Assembly (NCBI GenBank): GCA_021648485.1
Contig: JAKISS010000001.1
Location: 2,650 to 66,649 of the forward strand
Length of the DNA: 64,000 nucleotides
Reading direction: 5' to 3'
Source of the DNA: Gammaproteobacteria bacterium
GTDB taxonomy: Bacteria; Pseudomonadota; Gammaproteobacteria; SZUA-152
The position numbers were made by a program, and so were the translations under genes. Below, piece after piece: positions 19,553-29,332 of the stretch (its first letter is position 1; the number at the start of each line of letters is the position of its first letter). Under the pieces are notes generated by a model. The model was not told the DNA's origin and did no database searches. It was given only the letters and a program-made list of their open reading frames with translations.

Positions 19553-20236
19553 TCAATTTTCATCTGACACGTCAAGCATGTAACCCATGCCGCGTACAGT
19601 GTGAATCAACCGAGTGTCAAAGTCGTCGTCAATTTTAGCCCGCACCCGGCGAATTGCGACATCAATGACATTGGTATCACTGTCGAAATTCATATCCCAT
19701 ACTTGAGAGGCAATCAAAGAACGGGGCAGCACTTCTCCCTGGCGACGCATCAATAGTTCCAGTAAAGCAAATTCTTTAGCAGTGAGTGTGATGCGTTGGC
19801 CGTTACGGATAACCCGGCGACGCATAAGATCCAGTTCCAGGTCAGCAACTTTGAGTGTGGTTTCCGTTGCGATTGTTGCACCGCGTCGCAGCAGTGTGCG
19901 CACCCGCGCCAGTAATTCTGCGAAGGCAAAAGGTTTAACCAGATAATCATCCGCACCCAGCTCCAGACCTTTGACGCGATCTTCCACGCTATCCCGTGCG
20001 GTGAGAAATAACACAGGCACTGTTCTACCTGCTTCACGCAGTGATTGCAGGATACGCCAGCCGTCTACGTCCGGCAGCATGACATCGAGAATAATCAGAT
20101 CGTAAGGCTCGGTCATCGCAAAGTGATGGCCGTCCAGGCCGTTACGGGCGAGGTCTGTCACAAAGCCCGCTTCACTGAGCCCTTGTTTGAGATAGTCCCC
20201 GATTTTAGTTTCGTCTTCGACAATGAGTATTTTCAT
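19553..20236 (-). CDS. copR: heavy-metal response regulator (OmpR family, CusR/CopR type)
   Basis: 'MKILIVEDE...[14 protein letters not shown]' receiver domain plus a winged-helix C-terminus '[11 protein letters not shown]'. Confidence 0.9.
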   Translation of the reverse strand: MKILIVEDETKIGDYLKQGLSEAGFVTDLARNGLDGHHFAMTEPYDLIILDVMLPDVDGWRILQSLREAGRTVPVLFLTARDSVEDRVKGLELGADDYLVKPFAFAELLARVRTLLRRGATIATETTLKVADLELDLMRRRVIRNGQRITLTAKEFALLELLMRRQGEVLPRSLIASQVWDMNFDSDTNVIDVAIRRVRAKIDDDFDTRLIHTVRGMGYMLDVSDEN

Positions 20237-20341
20237 TCATAACCTACAGTCGGTATACCGGAATTCGGATAGCGCTGGATAGAGCGCTTTGTATTTTACC
20301 TTGTGTACTTTATTCGCAATATGCTGTCGATAACATGACCG

Positions 20342-20365
20342 GATCATTACAACATTGTAATGATC
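20342..20365. promoter_or_regulatory. candidate CopR/CusR 'copper box' in the copR-copA divergent region
   Basis: Perfect 11-2-11 inverted repeat GATCATTACAA-CA-TTGTAATGATC. It lies 91 bp upstream of the MCO copA start and 106 bp upstream of the copR start. As I recall, the E. coli CusR box is TGACAA-N2-TTGTCA, which this resembles. Confidence 0.5.
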
Positions 20366-20455
20366 TTGTCAGCTTGAGGACAGGGAAAGTTCGCTATAGT
20401 TTTGACATCAACTCGGTGTGAACTGAACACACTCTTGCAAAAGGATTAAAGCCGC

Positions 20456-22216
20456 ATGAGAAGAACTCCCTCAAATACGCGTGTCATTCCCGACCTCTCT
20501 CGTCGCCGGTTTTTACAGGGGCTTGCTGCCGGTGGTGTACTGGCGGGTTTGTCACCCTGGGTCAAACCTGCCTGGGCAGGTGAAGTTGCCACCACGGCCA
20601 CGGGTATGGCTCCGGTGCTCAGTGGTACAGAATTTGATCTCGTTGTTGCGGAGACTGCGGTTAACTATACGGGCAGCCCGCGTATGGCAACCACAATCAA
20701 CGGTTCCATTCCGTCCCCCATTTTGCGGTGGCGTGAAGGTGATACGGTGACTATTCGTGTCACTAATCGTCTGAACACATCAACCTCTATTCATTGGCAT
20801 GGCATCATTCTGCCGTATCAAATGGATGGTGTTCCCGGGATCAGCTTTGCCGGTATCGCGCCTGGTGAAACCTTCACTTACCGTTTTAAGGTAGATCAGG
20901 CAGGCACTTATTGGTATCACTCCCACAGTGGCTTTCAGGAACAGACCGGCATGTACGGCACAATTATTGTTGAACCAAGAGGCGGTGAACACATTCGTGC
21001 GGATCGTGATTATGTTGTGCAGTTATCGGATTGGACTGACGAAGATCCCATGAAGGTGTATGCGAAGTTAAAAAAACAAAGTGACTACTATAATTTTAAT
21101 GCACCGACGGCCATGGATTTTTTCCGCGATGCTTCCGAACGTGGTCTGGGTAAAGCCATGGAGAGACGGCGCATGTGGAATCAGATGCGCATGAGTCCCA
21201 CGGACCTGGCGGATATTTCTGCCCACACTTATACCTACCTTATGAATGGCACGACACCGGCGGGTAACTGGACCGGGCTGTTTAATCCGGGTGAGCGGGT
21301 GCGGTTGCGTTTTATCAGCAGCGGCACGCAGAGTTTCTTCGATGTGCGTATTCCCGGTCTGAAAATGACCGTAGTGCATGTGGATGGCCAGGATATCGAA
21401 CCGGTCACTGTGGATGAATTACGCTGCGGGCCGGGCGAAACATATGACGTGCTGGTGACGCCTCAGGACGATGCCTACACTATTTTTGCGCAATCCATGG
21501 ATCGTACCGGCTATGCACGTGGCACGCTCGCGACCCGTGCGGATCTCACTGCCCCTATTCCGAAGCTGGATGAACCCGAATGGCTGACCATGACGGACAT
21601 GATGGGTGCAATGGCCCAGGGTGGTGTTATGGGTGGTATGGGCGGCATGAATCACAGTGGTCACAGTATGTCAGGCAGCATGAATAAAAATGCTACACCG
21701 GTACGTCACGCCAAAACGGAATACGGACCGAGTGTGGATATGCGTGTGGATATGCCGCGTACCAACCTGGATGATCCGGGTATCGGTCTGCGTAACAATG
21801 GCCGACGAGTGCTGACGTATGCGGATATAAAAACACCTGGTGAGCCTGTTGACCCGCGTGAGCCTGGCCGGGACATTGAATTACATCTAACGGGAAATAT
21901 GGAACGTTACACCTGGTCACTGGACGGTCTGGAATTTGGCAAGTCTACGCCAATACACTTCCGCCATGGCGAACGCCTGCGAGTGATTCTGCACAACGAC
22001 ACGATGATGACCCATCCTATGCATTTACACGGTATGTGGAGTGACATGGAAGATGCAGACGGGGAGTTTCTGGCGCGCCGACACACTATCAGCGTGCAAC
22101 CGGCGCAGCGCGTCAGTTTTCGGGTCACTGCGGATGCTCTCGGGCGTTGGGCCTGGCACTGCCACCTGCTTTATCACATGGATGCGGGCATGTTCCGCGA
22201 AGTGATAGTGACGTGA
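20456..22216 (+). CDS. copA: copper-resistance multicopper oxidase (CopA/PcoA type), Tat-exported
   Basis: Twin-arginine signal 'SRRRFLQGLAAGG'. Copper-ligand motifs 'HWHG', 'YHSH', 'HPMHLHG' and 'WAWHCHLLYHMDAGM'. Met-rich loop 'MTDMMGAMAQGGVMGGMGGMNHSGHSMSGSM'. Confidence 0.9.
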   Translation: MRRTPSNTRVIPDLSRRRFLQGLAAGGVLAGLSPWVKPAWAGEVATTATGMAPVLSGTEFDLVVAETAVNYTGSPRMATTINGSIPSPILRWREGDTVTIRVTNRLNTSTSIHWHGIILPYQMDGVPGISFAGIAPGETFTYRFKVDQAGTYWYHSHSGFQEQTGMYGTIIVEPRGGEHIRADRDYVVQLSDWTDEDPMKVYAKLKKQSDYYNFNAPTAMDFFRDASERGLGKAMERRRMWNQMRMSPTDLADISAHTYTYLMNGTTPAGNWTGLFNPGERVRLRFISSGTQSFFDVRIPGLKMTVVHVDGQDIEPVTVDELRCGPGETYDVLVTPQDDAYTIFAQSMDRTGYARGTLATRADLTAPIPKLDEPEWLTMTDMMGAMAQGGVMGGMGGMNHSGHSMSGSMNKNATPVRHAKTEYGPSVDMRVDMPRTNLDDPGIGLRNNGRRVLTYADIKTPGEPVDPREPGRDIELHLTGNMERYTWSLDGLEFGKSTPIHFRHGERLRVILHNDTMMTHPMHLHGMWSDMEDADGEFLARRHTISVQPAQRVSFRVTADALGRWAWHCHLLYHMDAGMFREVIVT

Positions 22217-22245
22217 ATATGGTGATGAAGGAAAAGGTGACTGCA

Positions 22246-23184
22246 ATGAACAAACGATTGACATTAGGCTGCGTATTTTTGTTAAGCAGTAGTGCTTTCC
22301 CCGTCTGGGCAGACAATGACGCCGCGCAGGATAGGCCGACGATGCCCATGAAAAATATGGATCATAATGCTATGCCGGGTATGAATCATGGCGATAAACA
22401 AAGTGCTAATGAAAAACCGGGTGCCATGCAGGGCAGGGCGCAGGGTGGATCGGCACCGGCCAATGCCCGTGATCCACATGCTTATTCAGGCGGCTATTCC
22501 ATTGAGTCCGGTAAATATGCGTTACCCGGGCCACGGATATTAAAACTGGCGGATGAATATAATTTTGCATCATTGCTGGTTGATCGACTGGAAATGGTGC
22601 GCACTTCAGATAACAGCTCGATAACCTATGATCTGCAAGGCTGGTATGGGCGTGATTATGATCGTCTGGTGATCAAGGCCGAAGGTAATGTGGATAACGG
22701 GAAAATAGAGGAAGCCAGTACCGAGTTGTTATGGAGCCATGCCTTGACAACTTATTGGGATGGACAATTAGGCCTTCGTTACGACAGTGGTGAAGACCCT
22801 GGTCGTACCTGGGTGGCTTTTGGCGTGCAGGGTTTGGCACCTTATTGGTTTGAGCTGGACATTACAGGTTATGTCGGCGAAGAAGGTCGCACAGCGTTGG
22901 GCCTGGAAGCAGAATACGAAATACTGTTCACGCAAAAACTGATTCTGACACCACGCATTGAAGCCAGTGTTTATGGTAAAGACGATGTTAAACGTGGCAC
23001 GGGTTCCGGGTTATCTGAATTTTCTGCGGGGCTTCGTTTACGTTATGAAATTCGGCGGGAATTTGCACCTTATGCAGGTATTGAATGGGCCAGCACATAT
23101 GGTGGCACGGCCGATTATGCGCGTGCAGCGGGACTCGATACGCGTGAAACACGCGCCGTAGCAGGTCTTCGATTCTGGTTTTGA
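22246..23184 (+). CDS. copB: copper-resistance outer-membrane protein CopB/PcoB
   Basis: Signal peptide 'MNKRLTLGCVFLLSSSAFPVWA', a Met/His-rich N-terminal segment 'MPMKNMDHNAMPGMNHG', and a barrel ending 'AGLRFWF'. The start is chosen downstream of the copA stop. The track start at 22147 overlaps copA. Confidence 0.85.
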   Translation: MNKRLTLGCVFLLSSSAFPVWADNDAAQDRPTMPMKNMDHNAMPGMNHGDKQSANEKPGAMQGRAQGGSAPANARDPHAYSGGYSIESGKYALPGPRILKLADEYNFASLLVDRLEMVRTSDNSSITYDLQGWYGRDYDRLVIKAEGNVDNGKIEEASTELLWSHALTTYWDGQLGLRYDSGEDPGRTWVAFGVQGLAPYWFELDITGYVGEEGRTALGLEAEYEILFTQKLILTPRIEASVYGKDDVKRGTGSGLSEFSAGLRLRYEIRREFAPYAGIEWASTYGGTADYARAAGLDTRETRAVAGLRFWF

Positions 23185-23262
23185 AGGGTGATGGGTGCAA
23201 TGTGCTGATGCCACATTTAAACACCTGAATTTCAAATGCACAGGTATATGAGGACGTTAACG

Positions 23263-24327
23263 ATGAAAAATATACTGATACGTTTATCAATCTTCACGTT
23301 ATTGTTTCCCTTTGTCACAATTGCACAGCCGTTGTTGTATGTCCCCACAGGTAACACGAATGATGTTGTGATTATTGATCTCAGTACAGACAAAATTATT
23401 GGGCGAATTGATGAGCTGGAAAATGCTCATGGCCTGTCGAGCAGTCGTTACACTGAATATCTGGTTGCAGGCAGTATGCAGGCACCGGGTACAAAAAAAT
23501 CCGCTGCAGCCAAACCCGCGAAAATGAGTGAAGCTGAACATGCGGAACATCATGCGAATACCAAAAGCAAGGCTGAGAAAACGGCTACACCAAGTTATGT
23601 TTCCATTATTCATGCCAAGCATGGGCACGTCATGCGTCGTGTCGAAGTAGGTGCGCTGACACATCATACGGCCGTATCACCGGATGGGAAAATCGCGATT
23701 GCCGTACATTCCGGGGCGGGCGATATTTCTGTTATCGATCTCGATAAAATGAATGTTATCAAAATATTGCAAACCGGAACATGGCCTAATTATGCAGTGT
23801 TTAGCAGCGACGGAAATTTTCTTTATATCACAAATGCCGGCATGGATATGGTCAGTGAAATTAATACCCGGACATGGCAGGTCACACGGGAAATAAACGT
23901 TGGTAAAGCACCGGAGCACATGGTGATCAGTACTGATAATAAATTTCTTTATGTTGCCAATAAGACTGGCGGGTCTGTTTCTGTTGTCAATTTAACGGAT
24001 GGAAATGTGACAAAAACTTGGCCAGTGGGTGAAAAAATACACGGCATAGATTTGTCGGACGATGGCCGTTGGTTGTTTGTGGCCAGTAAAGGTACTGACA
24101 CGTTAAGCCGGATTAATCTTTCCAACGGAAAAGTTTCTACAATTGATTTGTTACCTTCACCGTACCATGTTGCATATATTACCGGACTGAACAAACTTTA
24201 TGTTTCCAGTCGGAAAATACCCAAAATCTGGGTGCTTAACCCGCAAACTCTGCACGTCGAGAATGAAATTGACTTGGGTAAGGGGGTAGCACATCAGATG
24301 GTTATTCGTTCAAACAACAACAAATAG
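23263..24327 (+). CDS. secreted YVTN-type beta-propeller repeat protein
   Basis: Signal peptide 'MKNILIRLSIFTLLFPFVTIAQP'. Repeated ~40-aa units ('LYV.N...V.VI.L', 'FLYITNAG', 'FLYVANK', 'LFVASKG', 'LYVSS'). One loop is His-rich ('EAEHAEHHANTK'). Confidence 0.7.
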   Translation: MKNILIRLSIFTLLFPFVTIAQPLLYVPTGNTNDVVIIDLSTDKIIGRIDELENAHGLSSSRYTEYLVAGSMQAPGTKKSAAAKPAKMSEAEHAEHHANTKSKAEKTATPSYVSIIHAKHGHVMRRVEVGALTHHTAVSPDGKIAIAVHSGAGDISVIDLDKMNVIKILQTGTWPNYAVFSSDGNFLYITNAGMDMVSEINTRTWQVTREINVGKAPEHMVISTDNKFLYVANKTGGSVSVVNLTDGNVTKTWPVGEKIHGIDLSDDGRWLFVASKGTDTLSRINLSNGKVSTIDLLPSPYHVAYITGLNKLYVSSRKIPKIWVLNPQTLHVENEIDLGKGVAHQMVIRSNNNK

Positions 24328-24349
24328 GACAACAAAATAGGAGTCACCT

Positions 24350-24772
24350 ATGTTTACAGTGAGTGAATTGGCAAAGCGAACCGATGTCACACCGGATACG
24401 GTGCGTCATTATGTACATATTGGCATGCTGAAGCCTGAGCGTAATCCTCATAACGGTTATAAATTATTTAGTGGTGAGGACGTTACCAAGCTGCGCTTCA
24501 TTCGTCAGGCGCAGAGTCTAGGGTTCACTCTGGCAGAAATTGGTGAAATTCTTAATCATTCCATGGCAGGAGGGTCTCCCTGTCCCCAGGTGCGTGAGCT
24601 GATGCAACGCCGGGTTGTTGAAAATAAAATCAAACTGGATGCGTTGAATGCCTTACAAAAACGCATGGAAGAAGCCTTGTTACTTTGGGAAAACATACCC
24701 AATGGACAGCCTGATGGCGACTCGGTTTGTCATTTGATTGAATCGGTCACTTTATTGAATCCAAAAGCTTGA
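24350..24772 (+). CDS. MerR-family metal-responsive transcriptional regulator
   Basis: N-terminal wHTH 'FTVSELAKRTDVTPDTVRHYVHIGML', a dimerisation helix, and candidate metal ligands 'GGSPCP' and 'DSVCHLIE'. Confidence 0.85.
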   Translation: MFTVSELAKRTDVTPDTVRHYVHIGMLKPERNPHNGYKLFSGEDVTKLRFIRQAQSLGFTLAEIGEILNHSMAGGSPCPQVRELMQRRVVENKIKLDALNALQKRMEEALLLWENIPNGQPDGDSVCHLIESVTLLNPKA

Positions 24773-24800
24773 CCTATTAGCTGCGCATAGGTTTTACACT
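24769..24800 (+). promoter_or_regulatory. MerR-type promoter/operator (TTGACC-20 bp-TACACT with dyad ACCTAT-N9-ATAGGT)
   Basis: The -35 box overlaps the merR-like stop codon. The 20-bp spacer is over-long, as in MerR-family activated promoters, and the dyad is centred in it. It lies 56 bp upstream of the Met-rich gene. Confidence 0.6.
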
Positions 24801-24855
24801 TGCCAGTAGAAAACAAATAAACGGTTGTTTGTTTCCAAACAGAGATTAAAGGAGA

Positions 24856-25281
24856 TTGATCATGAAATTCACAATGAAACCGGTTTTAGGCACATCTGTT
24901 TTGCTGATTGCATTGTTGGCAACCCCTCTGTTGTATGCAGGAGAACAGCATGCCAAAGGCATGAACGGCATGTCCGGGCAGCACAGTAAGCAAATGATGA
25001 ACATGGATAAGATGCAAGGCCAAATGAGTGAGATGTCGAAAATGATGGAAGAGGCCCATGCGACAAAAGACATGGATAAACGTCACGAGATGATGCGTAA
25101 ACACATGAAAAAAATGCAAGACGTGATGGGTAATATGAAGGGCATGATGAGCGACAATATGTCGGGTACCATGAATATGGAACAACATCAGAAAATGATG
25201 TCAACACGTATGGACATGATGCAGGGCATGATGGAGCAGATGCTCAAACAGCAATCCATGATGATGGATACAAAGAAATAA
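24856..25281 (+). CDS. secreted methionine-rich protein (candidate periplasmic Cu(I)/Ag(I) binder)
   Basis: SD 'AAAGGAG', a signal peptide, then ~112 aa containing 33 Met (counted) plus several His. No Cys in the mature part. Confidence 0.7.
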   Translation: MIMKFTMKPVLGTSVLLIALLATPLLYAGEQHAKGMNGMSGQHSKQMMNMDKMQGQMSEMSKMMEEAHATKDMDKRHEMMRKHMKKMQDVMGNMKGMMSDNMSGTMNMEQHQKMMSTRMDMMQGMMEQMLKQQSMMMDTKK

Positions 25282-25344
25282 TTGCTTTGTTATGGTGATG
25301 TTTACCCGTTTATAACAATAAAAGCAGGCAGCAGGAGTGAGACA

Positions 25345-27918
25345 ATGACCAAGGATCCAGTATGTGGAATGGATGTCGCCGAAACATCCGGGCATCACTC
25401 AGAATATGAAGGAGATACCTACTATTTTTGCAGTGAGAGTTGTCAACACAAGTTTGAGGATACTCCTGCTTCATATGTGAAAAACAGCCAGCTTAAGGAT
25501 CCGGTGTGTGGCATGGATGTTACCACTGACTCTGATTTCCATACAAAGCATGAAGGTGAAAATTATTATTTCTGTAGCGAAAACTGCCAGCACACGTTTG
25601 GAAAAAATCCACAACAGTATTTACACAATCAGGAAAGCAATGCTTGCAGTCATGAACACAAGAGCGATACCCGCCAGCAGCCTGTCGATGAATCTGCGAT
25701 TTATACGTGCCCTATGCATCCTGAGGTTGAGCAGCAAGGGCCGGGGGCCTGTCCCAAATGCGGTATGGCACTGGAGCCCAAGAATGTACCTTTGACCGCT
25801 ACCAAAACGAAATATACCTGCCCTATGCATCCGGAGATTGTTCAGGATCAGCCTGGCAGTTGTCCCAAGTGTGGTATGGCACTGGAAGCCGTTACTGTAG
25901 AAGCAGAAGAAGATACCAGTGAACTGGAGTACATGAGCAAACGTTTCTGGGTCAGTGCTGTATTGGCCCTTCCTGTGTTATTCAGTGCCATGGCGGCTGA
26001 ATTCTGGCCTGAAGGCATGGCAGAATTGATTGACCCCAGTTTGCGGCAATGGTTGGAAATGATTGTGTCAGCACCGGTCATTATCTGGGGTGGCTGGATA
26101 TTTTATGTGCGCGCTATCCAGTCTGTGATCACACGTAACCTGAACATGTTTACCCTTATCGGACTCGGTGTCTCGGTTGCCTTTACGTATAGTGTCATTG
26201 CCACTGTGGCTCCCGGTATCTTTCCGGCGGCGGTCTTTAACGACGTTGGTGTTGTGCCGGTTTATTTTGAAGCCGCAGCCGTTATCACTGCCTTGATACT
26301 GCTGGGGCAGGTGCTGGAATTGCGGGCACGCAGTCAAACCAATGCGGCCATCAAATTGCTGTTAGGCCTGGCACCCAAAACTGCACGCATCGTACGTGAG
26401 GATGGTACTGAAGAAGATATTCCCATGGAACACGTACAAGTCGGCGATGTTCTGCGGGTACGCCCGGGTGAAAAGGTACCGGTGGACGGTACCGTGATTG
26501 AAGGTGAGAGCAACGTTGATGAGTCCATGGTCACTGGTGAACCGCTGCCGGTAGGAAAAAACAAAGGCGAACGTCTCATTGGTGCTACGGTTAATGGTAC
26601 CGGTGGTCTGTTAATGCGGGCTGAAAAGGTAGGCGCTGATACATTGTTATCACAAATTGTACAGATGGTAGCCGATGCCCAGCGTTCACGGGCACCCATT
26701 CAAAGACTGGTTGATCTTGTTGCAGGCTACTTTGTGCCTGTAGTGGTGGTGATCGCTATTATTACCTTCATCGTCTGGAGTTTGTGGGGGCCGGAGCCAG
26801 CAATCGCTTATGCCGTAATTAATGCAGTGGCGGTGTTGATTATCGCCTGTCCCTGCGCGTTGGGTTTGGCAACCCCCATGTCCATTATGGTAGGTACCGG
26901 CAAAGGCGCGATGATGGGTGTACTGTTTAAAAATGCCGAAGCACTGGAGGTCTTGCGCAAGGTGGATACTCTGGTGGTGGACAAAACCGGCACGCTCACC
27001 GAAGGCAAGCCAAAACTGGTGGCGGTAACATCTGTTGGTGATTTTTCTGAAGACGATGCCTTGCGCCTGATTGCCAGCCTGGAACGTGCCAGTGAACATC
27101 CCTTGGCCGAGGCCATTGTACAGGGGGCAGAAGAACGCAAACTGGTCTTGGTAAAAGCCGATAACTTCCAGTCAATCACCGGCAAAGGGGTAACAGGTGA
27201 TGTGGATGGACACAGTGTGGCCATGGGTAACATCAAATTGCTGGAAGACCTTGGTATTGATGCGGGCGACTTGCCTCAACAGGCCGATACACAACGGGCT
27301 GAAGGTCAGACAGTCATGTTCTTTGCCATCGATGGTAAAGCCGCCGGGTTGATTGGTGTTGCCGACCCCATCAAGGAAACCACGCCCGAAGCGATTCGCG
27401 ACTTGCATGCCGCCGGTATCAAAGTCGTTATGCTCACTGGCGACAGTCGTAAAACGGCTGAAGCAGTGGCTGCGAAACTGGATATTGACCAGGTACAGGC
27501 CGAGGTATTGCCGGATCAGAAAGCTGCCGTTGTCAAGCAGCTTCAGGATGAAGGACGTATTGTCGCCATGGCAGGTGATGGCATTAATGATGCCCCTGCC
27601 CTGGCACAGGCCCATGTCGGTATCGCCATGGGAACGGGTACTGATGTTGCCATGGAAAGTGCTGGGGTGACGCTGGTGAAAGGTGATTTACGCGGCATTG
27701 TGCGAGCACGGCGCTTGTCTCAGGCCACCATGCGCAATATTCGCCAAAACCTGTTCTTTGCCTTCATCTATAATTCGTTAGGCGTACCGGTTGCGGCGGG
27801 GCTGCTCTATCCCTTCTTTGGTATTTTATTATCACCGATCATTGCCGCAGCGGCCATGAGTTTCAGTTCGGTGTCGGTGATCATGAATGCCCTGCGACTG
27901 AAGAACTTGCGCCTATAA
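25345..27918 (+). CDS. copper-translocating P1B-type ATPase (CopA-type) with 2x YHS + 2x 'CPMHP..CPKCG' N-terminal modules
   Basis: Motifs 'CPC' ([12 protein letters not shown]), 'DKTGTLT', 'GDGINDAP' and 'TGES-like TGEP'. The N-terminus has two 'DPVCGMDV...YYFCSE.CQH.F' and two 'YTCPMHPE...CPKCGMALE' modules. SD 'AGGAG' precedes the ATG at 25345. Confidence 0.95.
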   Translation: MTKDPVCGMDVAETSGHHSEYEGDTYYFCSESCQHKFEDTPASYVKNSQLKDPVCGMDVTTDSDFHTKHEGENYYFCSENCQHTFGKNPQQYLHNQESNACSHEHKSDTRQQPVDESAIYTCPMHPEVEQQGPGACPKCGMALEPKNVPLTATKTKYTCPMHPEIVQDQPGSCPKCGMALEAVTVEAEEDTSELEYMSKRFWVSAVLALPVLFSAMAAEFWPEGMAELIDPSLRQWLEMIVSAPVIIWGGWIFYVRAIQSVITRNLNMFTLIGLGVSVAFTYSVIATVAPGIFPAAVFNDVGVVPVYFEAAAVITALILLGQVLELRARSQTNAAIKLLLGLAPKTARIVREDGTEEDIPMEHVQVGDVLRVRPGEKVPVDGTVIEGESNVDESMVTGEPLPVGKNKGERLIGATVNGTGGLLMRAEKVGADTLLSQIVQMVADAQRSRAPIQRLVDLVAGYFVPVVVVIAIITFIVWSLWGPEPAIAYAVINAVAVLIIACPCALGLATPMSIMVGTGKGAMMGVLFKNAEALEVLRKVDTLVVDKTGTLTEGKPKLVAVTSVGDFSEDDALRLIASLERASEHPLAEAIVQGAEERKLVLVKADNFQSITGKGVTGDVDGHSVAMGNIKLLEDLGIDAGDLPQQADTQRAEGQTVMFFAIDGKAAGLIGVADPIKETTPEAIRDLHAAGIKVVMLTGDSRKTAEAVAAKLDIDQVQAEVLPDQKAAVVKQLQDEGRIVAMAGDGINDAPALAQAHVGIAMGTGTDVAMESAGVTLVKGDLRGIVRARRLSQATMRNIRQNLFFAFIYNSLGVPVAAGLLYPFFGILLSPIIAAAAMSFSSVSVIMNALRLKNLRL

Positions 27919-27999
27919 AGCAGATGCAGAAAGAAGAACCTTGTACATTTTGGCAGAAAAGTCAGACCTTCAGAAGCCACTAAAAACGAGGAGCTTAAA

Positions 28000-28671
28000 A
28001 TGCATAGTGTTGGGTATGCATATGGTATGTGGGTGGTGGTCGCGTTTAACGTTGGCCTGTTCCTCTTTTTTACTCTGAGCTTTCTGAAACCACGGGGCAG
28101 CCAGGAGTGGCGCAGTATGAGCGTGGTGACGGCCTTTTTTGTCGCCCTGTTTGCCGAAATGTACGGCTTTCCGTTAACGATTTATTTACTGACCGGCTGG
28201 CTAGGTGATGCCTATCCTGCACTGGAGCCCTTCAGCCATAAACTGGGACATCTGTGGGTCGTGGTGCTTGGCGGATCAACGCTGGCCTGGGCAGTGGTGA
28301 TGGCTCTGAGTCTGGTATTGATGCTCATGGGCTACACGCTGCTGTCAAAAGGCTGGACACAAATCCATGCTGCTCGTGGCGGTCTGGTGACCGATGGTAT
28401 TTATACCTATGCCCGCCATCCACAATACACCGGACTCTTTCTGGTGATCATCGGCTTTTTGGTGCAGTGGCCCACGATACTTACCGTAATAATGGCACCC
28501 GTTCTATTGTTTGCTTATGTCCATCTGGCCAGAGTGGAAGAGCGGCGAGCCGAGGTGGAGTTCGGTGTAGAGTACGACGAATACGTCCGTAAAACACCGG
28601 CCTTTTTTCCACCTCTGAATCAGTGGAAAGCATTTTTAACAGTGAACGTTCCGGATGAAGAAACATCGTAA
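28000..28671 (+). CDS. isoprenylcysteine carboxyl methyltransferase (ICMT/PEMT)-family membrane methyltransferase
   Basis: Polytopic membrane protein with the family hallmark 'GIYTYARHPQYTGLFLVIIG' and a downstream 'EE..L...FG..Y..Y' region. Confidence 0.75.
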   Translation: MHSVGYAYGMWVVVAFNVGLFLFFTLSFLKPRGSQEWRSMSVVTAFFVALFAEMYGFPLTIYLLTGWLGDAYPALEPFSHKLGHLWVVVLGGSTLAWAVVMALSLVLMLMGYTLLSKGWTQIHAARGGLVTDGIYTYARHPQYTGLFLVIIGFLVQWPTILTVIMAPVLLFAYVHLARVEERRAEVEFGVEYDEYVRKTPAFFPPLNQWKAFLTVNVPDEETS

Positions 28672-28696
28672 TTATTATTAGAACAGGAGGTGACAT

Positions 28697-29023
28697 ATGG
28701 AAGGCCTGGGTTCGTTTTTACTGTTTGCGGCGTTTTTTTATTTCATGATGCGCTTCGGCTGTGGTTCACACATGACACACGGGCAGGGTGGTCACGATCA
28801 TTCCAAAGGTAATGCTTCTGGTCACGATGATGGCGCAGGAAAATATATTGATCCCGTTTGTGGTATGGAAGTTGAAACCGAGCAAGGCTACGGAAAGATG
28901 TACCAGGGCATGCTCTATCGTTTTTGTTCCAGGAACTGTCTGGACAAATTTGACAATGAGCCAGAGCGTTATATCAATAAACAGCAGGCTCTCGTGATGG
29001 AGGAAAAAAACAATGACCACTAA
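28697..29023 (+). CDS. membrane-anchored His-rich YHS-domain protein
   Basis: N-terminal TM helix, a His-rich linker 'HMTHGQGGHDHSKGNASGHDD', then the YHS module 'DPVCGMEV...YRFCSRNCLDKF'. Confidence 0.8.
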   Translation: MEGLGSFLLFAAFFYFMMRFGCGSHMTHGQGGHDHSKGNASGHDDGAGKYIDPVCGMEVETEQGYGKMYQGMLYRFCSRNCLDKFDNEPERYINKQQALVMEEKNNDH

Positions 29024-29315
29024 TACAATGACAAACCGTTATCAACAACAGGGGATTTCATTATTAGGTGTAGGGCATGCGACCAGCTTGTTGCTGGCGA
29101 TCAGTTTTGCACTGTGTGTCAGTTTTGATTTGCTTTTTCCTGAACATGCCATGTACAAAACCTGGCAACAACTGTTACCCGGTTTTGAATGGCTAAGCTG
29201 GAAAAGTTTTTTCCTGGGATTGATCGAAGCTTATGGTTATGGCTGGTTTTTCGCATTGATCTGGGTTCCTATCTATAATTTTGTTACGCTGCGAGGTAGG
29301 CAAGAAAAAAATTGA
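29013..29315 (+). CDS. small two-TM membrane protein, unknown function
   Basis: 100 aa with two hydrophobic helices. Overlaps the upstream gene by 11 nt and the downstream one by 4 nt, consistent with translational coupling. Confidence 0.6.
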   Translation: MTTNTMTNRYQQQGISLLGVGHATSLLLAISFALCVSFDLLFPEHAMYKTWQQLLPGFEWLSWKSFFLGLIEAYGYGWFFALIWVPIYNFVTLRGRQEKN

Positions 29316-29332
29316 GTTATCAGGGAGGCAAT

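Noticed and set aside
22147-22245. N-terminal extension of copB that overlaps the end of the multicopper oxidase gene by 70 nt.
   Set aside because: The extension encodes no signal peptide. The Met at 22246 is preceded by GGAAAAGG and starts a canonical signal peptide. An alternative ATG at 22219 cannot be excluded.
24886-25188. 100-aa His-rich ORF on the minus strand opposite the Met-rich gene. The 112-aa ORF at 24869-25207 is a similar case.
   Set aside because: It is a complement artefact, because ATG codons read as CAT (His) on the other strand. It has no RBS or signal sequence. The plus-strand gene has an SD, a signal peptide and operon context.
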